DNA of 64,000 bases from an uncultured Odoribacter sp. (lineage in GTDB: Bacteria; Bacteroidota; Bacteroidia; Bacteroidales; Marinifilaceae), in the NCBI GenBank assembly GCA_900541415.1, contig UQJP01000023.1, positions 3,544 to 67,543 on the forward strand, in the 5' to 3' direction. The notes under the pieces are model-generated. The model ran no database searches and was not told where the DNA came from. It saw nothing but the letters and a program-made list of their open reading frames with translations. Both the position numbers and the translations under genes were made by a program. Below, one piece after another: positions 20,454-30,244 of this stretch; positions within the stretch are counted from its first letter, which is position 1, and every line of letters starts with the position of its first letter.

Positions 20454-21293
20454 ATGAAGAATGTGATTCGCAGTATAAAGATCAGAAACCTATGGAATAA
20501 ATACGATTTCCTGTGGGAAGACCTGAATCCCGATGTGAATATACTGATCGGTATAAACGGGAGTGGTAAGACGACTTTGTTCAACATCATCGATTCTGTT
20601 CTCAGGGCTGATGTTAAACGGCTGAAAAATTACGGGGTAAGTGTGGAGATTGCCATCGACGATTATGTGGTGAAATATAATTCTAAAACCACGGTGGCAG
20701 AATTGAAAACTTTCCTGTCGAGGTTGAAATATCAGAAAATCAGCACTTTTGATGTGCCTTTGCGCGACCGTCCGAAGGCCGGGAAAGAATTTAGCCAGTT
20801 ATACAGCGAACTGCATTCCATTGTTTATGACATTGGAGGCGAGAATCCCTCGTTTTCGGATTACCGCCTGAAAGCGACGAACTTTCCGGAGCAGGCTGTT
20901 TTGATTAATGACCGGATCAGGAAACTTTTCGGAACGGTCGACCGCCTGTTTGCCAAAACGGAGAAGGTGATCGAGATCGATCCCCATACGAATCATTTGA
21001 TTTTTAAGGATAACGGGGAAGTGATCCCTTTGTTTAAACTGTCTTCCGGTGAAAAGCAGTTGCTGCTTATTTTGTTAAAGGTGTTTTTAATGGAAGAAAA
21101 GCCTTATATCTTGTTGATGGACGAGCCGGAAATCTCTTTGCATATAGAATGGCAATACAGGCTTTTTGAGGAGATACGTCTTTTGAATCCCAATTGCCAG
21201 ATTATTACTTCGACCCATTCACCCAGTCTTTTCGGGGATGGCTGGGGAGATAAGCTGGTGTTCGTGGAGGAATTGGTGAAAGCTAAAGAATAA
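20454..21293 (+). CDS. ABC/AAA_21-type ATPase (AriA-like)
   Basis: Walker A GINGSGKTT, signature LSSGEKQ, Walker B LLMDEPE, H-loop STHSP; no TM segments. Confidence 0.88.
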   Translation: MKNVIRSIKIRNLWNKYDFLWEDLNPDVNILIGINGSGKTTLFNIIDSVLRADVKRLKNYGVSVEIAIDDYVVKYNSKTTVAELKTFLSRLKYQKISTFDVPLRDRPKAGKEFSQLYSELHSIVYDIGGENPSFSDYRLKATNFPEQAVLINDRIRKLFGTVDRLFAKTEKVIEIDPHTNHLIFKDNGEVIPLFKLSSGEKQLLLILLKVFLMEEKPYILLMDEPEISLHIEWQYRLFEEIRLLNPNCQIITSTHSPSLFGDGWGDKLVFVEELVKAKE

Positions 21294-21467
21294 GGTGTTT
21301 TGGCTTGTGGGGTAACCGGGAATCCGGTGAAAGATTTTGCCTGAAAACAGGCGTTGAGGGTGTGTCGGGAGTCGGAATCCGGGAAATTTCCGATCGGGAG
21401 CAGAGAATGTAAAAATGAATTTTAATATCACCGGCCTTCGGTTTTGCCGGTCGTTTGGCGTTTTTCT

Positions 21468-22436
21468 ATGTTTGGTGTGCGTGTTGAAAATAAAAATAAG
21501 GAGCAACATTTTGCCAATGCGGCGAAACGTTTCGCTATGGATGCAAAAATGCTGAAGTGCAGGGCGGCGGTACATGTGGAGAATAAAGATGACATTTTTT
21601 TTTGGAGTACTGTTTTTAAGCACTTCCGTCCTAACGACCGTTTCCATTTTGTGGCCGGGTCCCGCAATGAGTTCGGGCATGAAACCAGCGGAGTCACCCA
21701 ATGCCTGAAATATTTCGATTTTTTAAGTCCCGGTTTTTTTATTTGTATCGATAGTGACTATCGTTACCTGATGCGTGAAAAACGTATTCATGTGAAACAT
21801 TTTGTTTTGCAGACTTATACCTATTCTTTTGAAAACCACCATTGTTTTGCCGAAGGCTTGGATGATGTGTGCAGCCGGGTGACGCATTTCAGGAATAATG
21901 TGTTTAATTTCCGGCGTTTCCTGGGCGATTTTTCTGCTATTATTTACGACCTGTTTATCTGGCATTTGTACTTTTTAAATTCCGATCCGGGACGTTTTAC
22001 CAAATACGAGTTTACCACTTATGTCTCTCTGAACGATTATAAGCCGCATGCTTTAATCCACGACAATGCGTCGCGGGCTTTGGACGAATTGCGTATGAGA
22101 GTGGAACGGAAACTGAATTATTTGGGGCGGAAGTATCCGAATGCCGATCTGGAAGCTGTGCGGCAAAAGTACGAAGTTTTAGGACTGACGCCTGAAACCA
22201 CTTATTTATTTGTGAGGGGACATAACCTTTACGATATGATCAGTGCTATCTGCAAGGAAGTGTGTAAGGCTATTTTGCGGCAGGAAAAAAATAACCGGAA
22301 GGCTACCCGGGAGATGATTTCCGAGCTATACCGGAACCGGAATAGTGTGGACATCCAATTGAAGCAAAACATAAAATACGGAGCGTATGATGCAATAAGG
22401 AAGATCGAGGAGGATGTCAGGATTTTGCTGGGATAA
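21468..22436 (+). CDS. DUF4435 TOPRIM-like protein (AriB-like)
   Basis: VHVENKDDIFFW, ICIDSDY and QTYTYSFENH motifs; exact start uncertain. Confidence 0.8.
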   Translation: MFGVRVENKNKEQHFANAAKRFAMDAKMLKCRAAVHVENKDDIFFWSTVFKHFRPNDRFHFVAGSRNEFGHETSGVTQCLKYFDFLSPGFFICIDSDYRYLMREKRIHVKHFVLQTYTYSFENHHCFAEGLDDVCSRVTHFRNNVFNFRRFLGDFSAIIYDLFIWHLYFLNSDPGRFTKYEFTTYVSLNDYKPHALIHDNASRALDELRMRVERKLNYLGRKYPNADLEAVRQKYEVLGLTPETTYLFVRGHNLYDMISAICKEVCKAILRQEKNNRKATREMISELYRNRNSVDIQLKQNIKYGAYDAIRKIEEDVRILLG

Positions 22437-22532
22437 TCCTTTGCCGGATTTGGGGGAATGAAATATCGGGATTTCCCCGACAGCAGGCCTGACCGGACAC
22501 GAAAACGGGTGTTGGGGGAAAATCGGCTGTTT

Positions 22533-23420
22533 TTAAGTCCGCCGGGACGGTTTTAGCTGCAAAAGGATCAGGGCCGAAGAAATGATAAGGATGCCTGTGA
22601 CGGAATAGAGGTCGGGGGTTTCGCCCGGCAATAAAATCCAGCTCAGGATCGCTCCCGACACCGGAGTGACAAATTTCCATATATTTAGTTCCGAAACTTT
22701 CGTTTCCGGGCGTTTAAGCAAGGTGTACCAAATAGAGAAAGCCACGGCGGGAATGAGGGCGAGCCAAACTAAAGCTCCGTAAAACGTCGCGTCATAGGGT
22801 TGAAGCGCGTAATCTTCCGTGAAACAGGATACGGTGTAAAGTAAAATCCCTCCTGTGAAATTGGCAAAAGCGGTCAACATAACCGGGGACACCCGGTTTT
22901 TGTTTTTGGCTACGATGATGTTGGTCAATGCCCCGGTGATATTGCTGATCAACAGCAGAAAAATCCCTATCCAGAATACGTGAGTGGTGGTTAGCGTGAG
23001 TCCTTTGCTGACACTGATAAACACCACGCCTGTCAATCCCAGGATGATGGAAAACACTTTGCGTCCCGATAGTTTATCGTTGGCAATCATGAAGTGTGCC
23101 ATGATGGCTACGAAGAGAGGGCCGCCTCCGATGATAATGGCGGCTACTGTCGCCGGCACATAATTCAGCCCCATGAAAAACAATCCGTACTGGATGAAAG
23201 TTTGTAGCAATCCGAACAATGCCATGTAACGCCATTCTTTCAGATTGGCTTTCCAGTCTACCCCCTGCCAGATGAGGAAGGGCACTAAAAGCAAGCCTGC
23301 GAGGGTGAAACGCATACCTGAGAGATGGAGCGGTGTGGTGTAGGTGAAACCGATTTTAGCCCCTGCAAAGGCCGATCCCCAGAGCAGGCAGGCAAAAATG
23401 GCCAATAGTTTGGTTTTCAT
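22533..23420 (-). CDS. EamA/DMT family transporter
   Basis: ~10 TM segments; LLWGSAF...MRF N-terminal EamA motif. Confidence 0.88.
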   Translation of the reverse strand: MKTKLLAIFACLLWGSAFAGAKIGFTYTTPLHLSGMRFTLAGLLLVPFLIWQGVDWKANLKEWRYMALFGLLQTFIQYGLFFMGLNYVPATVAAIIIGGGPLFVAIMAHFMIANDKLSGRKVFSIILGLTGVVFISVSKGLTLTTTHVFWIGIFLLLISNITGALTNIIVAKNKNRVSPVMLTAFANFTGGILLYTVSCFTEDYALQPYDATFYGALVWLALIPAVAFSIWYTLLKRPETKVSELNIWKFVTPVSGAILSWILLPGETPDLYSVTGILIISSALILLQLKPSRRT

Positions 23421-23536
23421 TCGTTCGTTATTGCAGGGGCAAAGTTATTTATTTTTTCCTGTGTTTATTCTTTCGGATAAAACGGAGTGAATGTTCTGGG
23501 TATAACAGCTTTTTTTGTAGGATTCCCTTTTAACAC

Positions 23537-23567
23537 TTTGAGTTAAGAGTTTGTTTTCCTACTTTTG
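23537..23567 (+). promoter_or_regulatory. Bacteroidetes sigma-A promoter of ruvB
   Basis: TTTG (23537-40), 19-nt spacer, TACTTTTG (23560-67): full -33/-7 consensus. Confidence 0.7.
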
Positions 23568-23587
23568 AAGTCAGATGTTTTGAGACT

Positions 23588-24616
23588 ATGGGTGAATTTG
23601 ATATTAGAGATAACCGTTTGAAAGATACGGATAAAGAGTTCGAGCGGGCCTTGCGGCCTTTGAATTTCGGCGATTTCCAGGGACAGAAGAAGATTGTGGA
23701 CAATTTGGAAATTTTCGTCCGGGCGGCCAAAATGAGGGGAGAATCGTTGGATCATGTGATTTTGCACGGGCCTCCGGGCTTAGGGAAAACCACGTTGTCG
23801 ACGATCATTGCCAATGAATTGGGCGTGGGAATAAAGGTCACGTCCGGCCCGGTACTCGATAAACCCGGAGATTTAGCCGGGTTGCTGACGAATCTGGAAG
23901 AAAACGATGTGTTGTTTATCGATGAGATTCACCGTCTCAGTCCCGTGGTGGAAGAATACCTTTATTCTGCCATGGAGGACTACCGAATCGATATTATGAT
24001 CGATAAAGGGCCTGCTGCCCGTTCGGTGCAAATACAGATTAATCCGTTCACCCTGATTGGGGCTACCACCCGCAGCGGCTTGCTCACGGCTCCTCTGCGC
24101 GCGCGTTTCGGTATTAATTGCCATTTGGAATATTACGACATGGATATTTTGTCCGGAATCATCAACCGTTCCGCATCGATCCTGAATATCGGAATCACCA
24201 GCCAGGCCGCGCAGGAAATCGCGTCACGCAGCCGGGGCACTCCCCGTATTGCCAACGCTTTGCTAAGGCGTGTCCGTGACTTTGCCATGGTCAAGGGGAA
24301 TGGAAATATCGATCATGAGATTACCCGCTATGCGCTGGAAGCCCTTAATATCGATAAGTATGGACTGGACCAGATGGATAACAAAATTCTGCTGACCATT
24401 ATCGAGAAATTTAAAGGAGGGCCTGTGGGCCTGACTACCATTGCGACTGCTGTTGGAGAAGATGCCGGAACTTTGGAGGAGGTTTACGAGCCTTTTCTGA
24501 TTAAAGAAGGATTTATCAAGCGTACTCCCCGGGGGAGGGAAGTGACGGAATTAGCTTATAAACATTTGGGAAAAGATATGAGAAGGCCTGATGGCGAACA
24601 GATGACATTATTTTAA
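23588..24616 (+). CDS. ruvB: Holliday junction branch migration helicase RuvB
   Basis: [37 protein letters not shown] motifs. Confidence 0.97.
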   Translation: MGEFDIRDNRLKDTDKEFERALRPLNFGDFQGQKKIVDNLEIFVRAAKMRGESLDHVILHGPPGLGKTTLSTIIANELGVGIKVTSGPVLDKPGDLAGLLTNLEENDVLFIDEIHRLSPVVEEYLYSAMEDYRIDIMIDKGPAARSVQIQINPFTLIGATTRSGLLTAPLRARFGINCHLEYYDMDILSGIINRSASILNIGITSQAAQEIASRSRGTPRIANALLRRVRDFAMVKGNGNIDHEITRYALEALNIDKYGLDQMDNKILLTIIEKFKGGPVGLTTIATAVGEDAGTLEEVYEPFLIKEGFIKRTPRGREVTELAYKHLGKDMRRPDGEQMTLF

Positions 24617-24771
24617 TTTATTTTCTCCGGACGAACATCTTTCCGAAGATTGTCCCTTGTTGTTCACCGATTTACATTTTAATATTGATTAACCATGTTA
24701 TAAAACAACCTGATAGGTTAAAGTGTGTTAAGTATGCAAAGTGTTAAAATTGAAATGTTAAATTTGTGGGT

Positions 24772-26301
24772 ATGAGAAGAAAGCAGATTATAATATTAGG
24801 CATCGTGTTGGGGGCTTCCCTGCTGGGATTGATCTTCACACAGGCGAGCTATTTTCGCACGGCTTTCAAGTTGAAAAAAACTCAATTCGATTATACCGTC
24901 AATAAAGTGATGGATGGTGTGATCGCTTATATAGAGGAACAAGGAAAGCGGAACGAGGGGAAAAGCATGCCGGACAATCGCACCCGGCAGTGGGAAAACT
25001 CTAATATGGTACATGATGTGCCTTTGGGGTTGAGGCCGATGAAGAATGATATTCAGATTTCTATCGGCTATGGAGCGAGTCCTATTGAATATGGGGCTGC
25101 AGTGGACAATATGCGTGAGTTTTTCGGGCAGAACAGCAATTTGCAGAGTTCTATCCAGAAATCCCGTCAGGAATTGCAGAAACAGTTAGGTAAGGATTAC
25201 GACCTGGTGGTTACGATTCCGGCAGAGCCAGAGAAAAATCTGGAAGAACGCCTGAAAAGTATCGACCTGAAACAGGTAATCACCGATCGTTTGCTGGACA
25301 AAGGAATCAAAACGAGTTTCGAATATGCAATAAAAGAAAACGGGCAGTTTATCCTGACTTCGGATAATTTTTTTAATCAGCATTCGGATTATAGCTATAC
25401 CCGGAAATTATTTTTAGGGAAGTCGAAAAGCCAGGGAACTTTATTTCTGATTTTCCCCGACCAGACGCACGACCTGTTGTCGTCGGTTTATCTTTTGCTG
25501 CCGAGTTTGATTATTACCATTTTGCTGGTATTGTGTTTTGGGTTCTGTATTGCTGTCATCATACGCCAAAAGAAGTTGTCTGCCATAAAGAACGACTTTA
25601 TCAACAATATGACCCATGAGTTCAAAACGCCGATCGCTACGATCTCTCTGGCGGCGCAGATGCTGAAAGACGGGGCGGTGAATAACTCTCCGGATGCCAT
25701 CGATCATATTGCCGGAATTATCCGCGATGAAAGCAAGCGGCTTACTTTTCAGGTGGAGAAAGTTTTGCAGACGGCTTTGTTCACCGAAACCCGGATGAAG
25801 CTGAAACTTAAAAATATTAACCTGAACGAAGTGGTGGAAAACCTGCTCACGAAGTTCAGCCTGCGGATAGAGGATAAGGGAGGGCAGCTATACAGCCATC
25901 TGGAAGCGGAGCACGACGAAGTGTATGCCGACGATGTACATATTAACAATGTGATCTCTAATTTATTGGACAATGCCATTAAATATTGCGCCAAAACTCC
26001 GGAGATCAGTGTTTATACCCGCAATAAGGGTGACGAAATCATTATCAGTGTGATAGATAATGGCATAGGAATTGCAGCGAAAGAACAAAAGCTGATCTTT
26101 GAAAGATTTTACAGAGTTTCGACGGGTAACTTACATGATGTAAAAGGTTTCGGACTGGGACTTTCGTATGTGAAGACCGTTGTGGAGGCTCATGGAGGAA
26201 GAATTTCAGTGGAAAGTGCGGAAGGAAAAGGAAGCCGTTTCGATGTAATTTTACCTCTAACGTCAAAAAAACAAAAAGTAAAGAGAACTTTATTTTTCTA
26301 A
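24772..26301 (+). CDS. rprX: Sensor histidine kinase (RprX-like)
   Basis: Two TM segments; H-box NMTHEFKTPI; NLLDNAIKY, DNGIGI, GFGLGL. Confidence 0.85.
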   Translation: MRRKQIIILGIVLGASLLGLIFTQASYFRTAFKLKKTQFDYTVNKVMDGVIAYIEEQGKRNEGKSMPDNRTRQWENSNMVHDVPLGLRPMKNDIQISIGYGASPIEYGAAVDNMREFFGQNSNLQSSIQKSRQELQKQLGKDYDLVVTIPAEPEKNLEERLKSIDLKQVITDRLLDKGIKTSFEYAIKENGQFILTSDNFFNQHSDYSYTRKLFLGKSKSQGTLFLIFPDQTHDLLSSVYLLLPSLIITILLVLCFGFCIAVIIRQKKLSAIKNDFINNMTHEFKTPIATISLAAQMLKDGAVNNSPDAIDHIAGIIRDESKRLTFQVEKVLQTALFTETRMKLKLKNINLNEVVENLLTKFSLRIEDKGGQLYSHLEAEHDEVYADDVHINNVISNLLDNAIKYCAKTPEISVYTRNKGDEIIISVIDNGIGIAAKEQKLIFERFYRVSTGNLHDVKGFGLGLSYVKTVVEAHGGRISVESAEGKGSRFDVILPLTSKKQKVKRTLFF

Positions 26302-26343
26302 AATCGTATATTTTTCAGAGAATTTATTTAAAACTAAATAGTT

Positions 26344-27033
26344 ATGGAGGAGAAAATTAAAATTTTATTAGCAGAAGATGATACAAACCTGGGAATGCTT
26401 TTGAAAGAATATTTAAGAGCCAAGGGATTTGATACAGTCTTATGTGAGGATGGGGAAGTAGCTTACGAGGCTTTCTTGAACCAGCCCTTCGATCTGTGTA
26501 TCTTCGACGTGATGATGCCTAAAAAAGACGGCTTTACCTTAGCTAAGGAAGTTCGTCAGATCAATAGTGAAATTCCGATCATATTCCTTACTGCTAAAGC
26601 CATGAAGGAAGATGTGCTGGAAGGATTCAAGCTGGGTGCCGACGATTATATGAGCAAACCGTTCAGTATGGAAGAACTTTTGCTGAGAATCGAGGCCGTG
26701 CTTCGTCGTTCTACCGGATTGAAACCGGAAGATGAACAGGAAATCTTTAAGATTGGAAAATTGACATTCAATTCAAAGAAACAAACCTTGTTCGACGGGG
26801 AAGAGGAACAGAAACTGACCACTAAAGAATCGGAATTGCTGAAATTATTGTGTCAGAATGTGAATAAAGTATTGGAAAGAAACTATGCCCTGAAAAACAT
26901 TTGGGCGGATGATAATTATTTCAATGCCAGAAGTATGGATGTTTACATTACAAAATTGCGTAAACATTTGAAAAAAGATCCGTCCGTTGAGATCATCAAC
27001 GTACATGGAAAAGGGTATAAACTGATACTCTGA
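26344..27033 (+). CDS. rprY: OmpR-family response regulator (RprY-like)
   Basis: AEDD, DVMMP, FLTAK, DDYMSKPF; C-terminal WADDNYFNARSMDVYITKLRK typical of RprY. Confidence 0.88.
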   Translation: MEEKIKILLAEDDTNLGMLLKEYLRAKGFDTVLCEDGEVAYEAFLNQPFDLCIFDVMMPKKDGFTLAKEVRQINSEIPIIFLTAKAMKEDVLEGFKLGADDYMSKPFSMEELLLRIEAVLRRSTGLKPEDEQEIFKIGKLTFNSKKQTLFDGEEEQKLTTKESELLKLLCQNVNKVLERNYALKNIWADDNYFNARSMDVYITKLRKHLKKDPSVEIINVHGKGYKLIL

Positions 27034-27053
27034 TCGGTTAGTAACCATATTAG

Positions 27054-27084
27054 AGCGGGTATTTGCGAGAATACCCGCTTTTTT
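27054..27084 (+). terminator. Intrinsic terminator after rprY
   Basis: AGCGGGTATT-tgcgag-AATACCCGCT followed by a T-tract. Confidence 0.8.
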
Positions 27085-27170
27085 ATTGCCCGGTTAAAAG
27101 ATAAAAATTTAACTTTGCAGCGTTGAAGTATAACCCAGAACAGTGGTAACTGTTTAAATAACTGAATGAC

Positions 27171-27605
27171 ATGAAAATAGCTATTGCTTGTGACCATGCC
27201 GGTTACGAATATAAGGAAAAACTATTGAGGTATCTCCGCGAAAAAGGGTGTGAAGTGAAAGATTTTGGAACTTATTCACCTGAAAGCATGGACTACCCGG
27301 ATTCGGCTCATCCGATGGCTGCTGCGGTAGAATCGGGAGAGTTTGAAAGAGGCATCGCCTTGTGCGGAAGCGGAAACGGAATTTGTATGACCGTGAACAA
27401 ACATCAGGGAATACGGGGTGCTTTGTGCTGGACGGTGGAAATCGCCTGGCTTGCCCGTTTGCACAATGATGCGAATGTGTGTTGTGTGCCTGCCCGTTTT
27501 ATCCCTTATGAAGAAGCACAGGAAATTGTAGAGCGTTTTATGACTACCGAATTTGAAGGAGGACGCCACCAAAGGCGAGTGGAAAAAATTCCGGTGAAAT
27601 CCTGA
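27171..27605 (+). CDS. rpiB: Ribose-5-phosphate isomerase B
   Basis: DHAG, DYPD, CGSGNG, ARLHNDAN, FEGGRH motifs; TAACTTTG promoter at 27110-27117. Confidence 0.95.
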   Translation: MKIAIACDHAGYEYKEKLLRYLREKGCEVKDFGTYSPESMDYPDSAHPMAAAVESGEFERGIALCGSGNGICMTVNKHQGIRGALCWTVEIAWLARLHNDANVCCVPARFIPYEEAQEIVERFMTTEFEGGRHQRRVEKIPVKS

Positions 27606-27633
27606 CGGTTGTCAGCGTATTTAGATATATTGA

Positions 27634-27678
27634 AAAATAAAATAGGTTTCCGATTCATTTGGAAACCTATTTTTATTT
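27634..27678. terminator. Bidirectional terminator between rpiB and maeB
   Basis: AAATAGGTTTCC...GGAAACCTATTT inverted repeat with A/T flanks between convergent genes. Confidence 0.8.
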
Positions 27679-27735
27679 TCCGGCTTTAAACCCCTTTGCG
27701 GATTCGGGCCCTTTTGCGGCTCGTTGAGCCAGAGG

Positions 27736-30012
27736 TTATATTCTGCACATGTCCAGATGTTCCTTGTTCTTTTGGGCATCCGAAACGGCGATCGTTGCCA
27801 TGTGAACGATGTCGCGCACGCTGCATCCCATTTGTAGGATGTGTACGGGCTTACTCATTCCCAATAACACCGGGCCGATGATTTCGTGTCCTCCCAATTC
27901 CTGCAACATGCTCAATCCAACGCTGCCTGAACTCAGATTCGGGAAGATAATCGTATTGACCTCTTTGTCGCCTAGGGTGGAGAAGGGATATTCTTTCATG
28001 CGTAGCTCTTTATTGAAAGCCATAGAGGCGTGCATCTCCCCGTCTACCAATATTTCCGGGTACTTATGGTGTAATTGTTGAACAGTGGCCTGAACCTGTG
28101 CGGGACTGCCCTGACGATATTCCCCGAAATTGGAATAAGAGGTCATGGCGATAACCGGATCCACATCGAATTGCCTTACTGCTTCGTAAGCCAGTACGGT
28201 GACACATTCCAGCACTTCCCCCGTCGGGTGGCTGTTCACGGTGGTATCTGCCAGAAAATAAGTGCCCCGCTTGGTGGTTGCAATGTGCATACCCGCTGCA
28301 TAGCGGCAGCAAGGACGTAGCCCCACGATTTCTTTTGCCATGTCGAGCACCTCTTTATAGGGAGAATTAACCCCGGAAATAAAGCCGTCGGCTTCTCCTG
28401 ACTCCAGCATCATTAATCCGATGTTATTGGCATCCTGCATGCTTAGCCTGGCTTTCCGGGCAGAAATTCCTGAACGCTGCATTTTTTGATAGAACAGGGA
28501 AGTGTATTTTTCTATGCTTTCCCGTTCCACGCTTGGGTCGAAAATCGTTAGTCCCGGTATCTTTAACCTGTTTTTAGCCATCTTCTCATTGATCTCGGCG
28601 GTATTGCCGATCACAATCGGGTAAGCGATCTTTTCGGTGGCGAGTTCCTGCGCCGCAAGCAATATCCGGAGGTTGTTGCCTTCTGCAAACACAATCCGTT
28701 TCGGATTGGCTTTGGCTTTGTGGGTCATCAGGCGCATGAGCGTGTTTTCATGTCCTACCCGTTTTTCCAGATTTTCACGGTATTCCTCCCAATTTTCAAT
28801 GCTCTTATGGGCAACGCCCGAATCGATGGCTGCCTTCGCCACAGCCGGGGCTACCCGGCTGATCAATCGATTGTCCAATGCTTTAGGAATAATATAATTC
28901 CGGTCGAAACTAAGCGTTTGATCGTGGTATGCCATTTTCACATTTTCCGGTACGGGCTCTTTGGTCAGTTCGGCAATGGCGTGTGCGGCGGCTAACTTCA
29001 TTTCTTCGTTGATGCTGCTGGCCTGCACATCTAAAGCTCCCCTGAAAATATAAGGGAATCCCAATACATTGTTGATTTGGTTCGGATAGTCCGAACGTCC
29101 CGTGGCGAAAATAATATCCGGGCGGGAATGCATGGCTTTGTCGTAAGATATTTCAGGATTCGGGTTAGCCAAAGCAAAGACGATCGGGTCTTTTGCCATG
29201 CTTTGAATCATTTTCTCGTCCAGAATATCGGCAACCGATAAGCCTAAAAATGCGTCGGCTCCCACCAAAGCTTCCGGCAGGGTACGTGCGGGGGTATCGA
29301 CGGCAAATTCCCGTTTTTCTATGTTCAGGTCGGTACGCCCGGTGCTGATCACCCCTTTACTGTCGCACATGATGATGTTTTCCCGTTTGACACCCAAACT
29401 CCGGTAAAAACGGGCACAGGAAATCGCTGCCGCTCCGGCTCCGTTCACCACCACCCGGATGTCTTCTATTTTTTTCCCGTTTAGTTCGAGGGCATTCAGT
29501 AACCCTGCTCCGGAAATAATTGCCGTGCCGTGCTGGTCGTCGTGCATCACCGGGATATTGAGTTCCTCTTTCAGGCGGCGTTCGATCTCGAAACATTCCG
29601 GGGCTTTAATATCTTCCAGGTTGATTCCTCCGAAGGTGGGGGAGATCATTTTCACCGTTTCGATGAATTTATCGACGTCTTTTGTGTCTACTTCAATATC
29701 GAACACGTCGATGTCGGCAAATATCTTGAATAACAATCCTTTTCCTTCCATCACGGGTTTTCCCGCCAATGGGCCGATGTCTCCTAAGCCAAGGACTGCC
29801 GTGCCGTTGGAAATAACTGCCACCAGATTGCTTTTGGCTGTGTAAAGATAGGCATCAGCCGGATTTTGTTTGATAGCCAGACAGGGCTCCGCAACGCCGG
29901 GAGAATAGGCCAGCGACAGATCGTGCTGGGTGCTGTGTGGCTTTGAAGGGATAACCTCGATCTTGCCGGGACGGCCTGATTCGTGGTATTCTAAAGCTTC
30001 ATTCTTATTCAT
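27736..30012 (-). CDS. maeB: NADP-dependent malic enzyme with C-terminal phosphotransacetylase-like domain
   Basis: LAYSPGVA, NGTAVLGLG, MEGK, NLEDI, HDDQHGTA, GAGAA, RSDYPNQ; 758 aa. Confidence 0.95.
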   Translation of the reverse strand: MNKNEALEYHESGRPGKIEVIPSKPHSTQHDLSLAYSPGVAEPCLAIKQNPADAYLYTAKSNLVAVISNGTAVLGLGDIGPLAGKPVMEGKGLLFKIFADIDVFDIEVDTKDVDKFIETVKMISPTFGGINLEDIKAPECFEIERRLKEELNIPVMHDDQHGTAIISGAGLLNALELNGKKIEDIRVVVNGAGAAAISCARFYRSLGVKRENIIMCDSKGVISTGRTDLNIEKREFAVDTPARTLPEALVGADAFLGLSVADILDEKMIQSMAKDPIVFALANPNPEISYDKAMHSRPDIIFATGRSDYPNQINNVLGFPYIFRGALDVQASSINEEMKLAAAHAIAELTKEPVPENVKMAYHDQTLSFDRNYIIPKALDNRLISRVAPAVAKAAIDSGVAHKSIENWEEYRENLEKRVGHENTLMRLMTHKAKANPKRIVFAEGNNLRILLAAQELATEKIAYPIVIGNTAEINEKMAKNRLKIPGLTIFDPSVERESIEKYTSLFYQKMQRSGISARKARLSMQDANNIGLMMLESGEADGFISGVNSPYKEVLDMAKEIVGLRPCCRYAAGMHIATTKRGTYFLADTTVNSHPTGEVLECVTVLAYEAVRQFDVDPVIAMTSYSNFGEYRQGSPAQVQATVQQLHHKYPEILVDGEMHASMAFNKELRMKEYPFSTLGDKEVNTIIFPNLSSGSVGLSMLQELGGHEIIGPVLLGMSKPVHILQMGCSVRDIVHMATIAVSDAQKNKEHLDMCRI

Positions 30013-30244
30013 GTTTCACGTAAATTATATAGTTTGTTCATGTGTTATCGTTCAGCCGGAAACCGGATTTTATGCAAAAAAAACAGTTTCATGACAAAAT
30101 TGAATTTTTTTAAAGAAAATTCTTTGTAAAAATGCGAAATAAATTAGCAAATCGGGTTAAATTAAAGTTAAAGCTTCTTATTTTAGCCATGCTCTTTCTG
30201 ACGCACTGTTATCTTCGTTCAATCAATTGTAAAAAAGGTGAATC

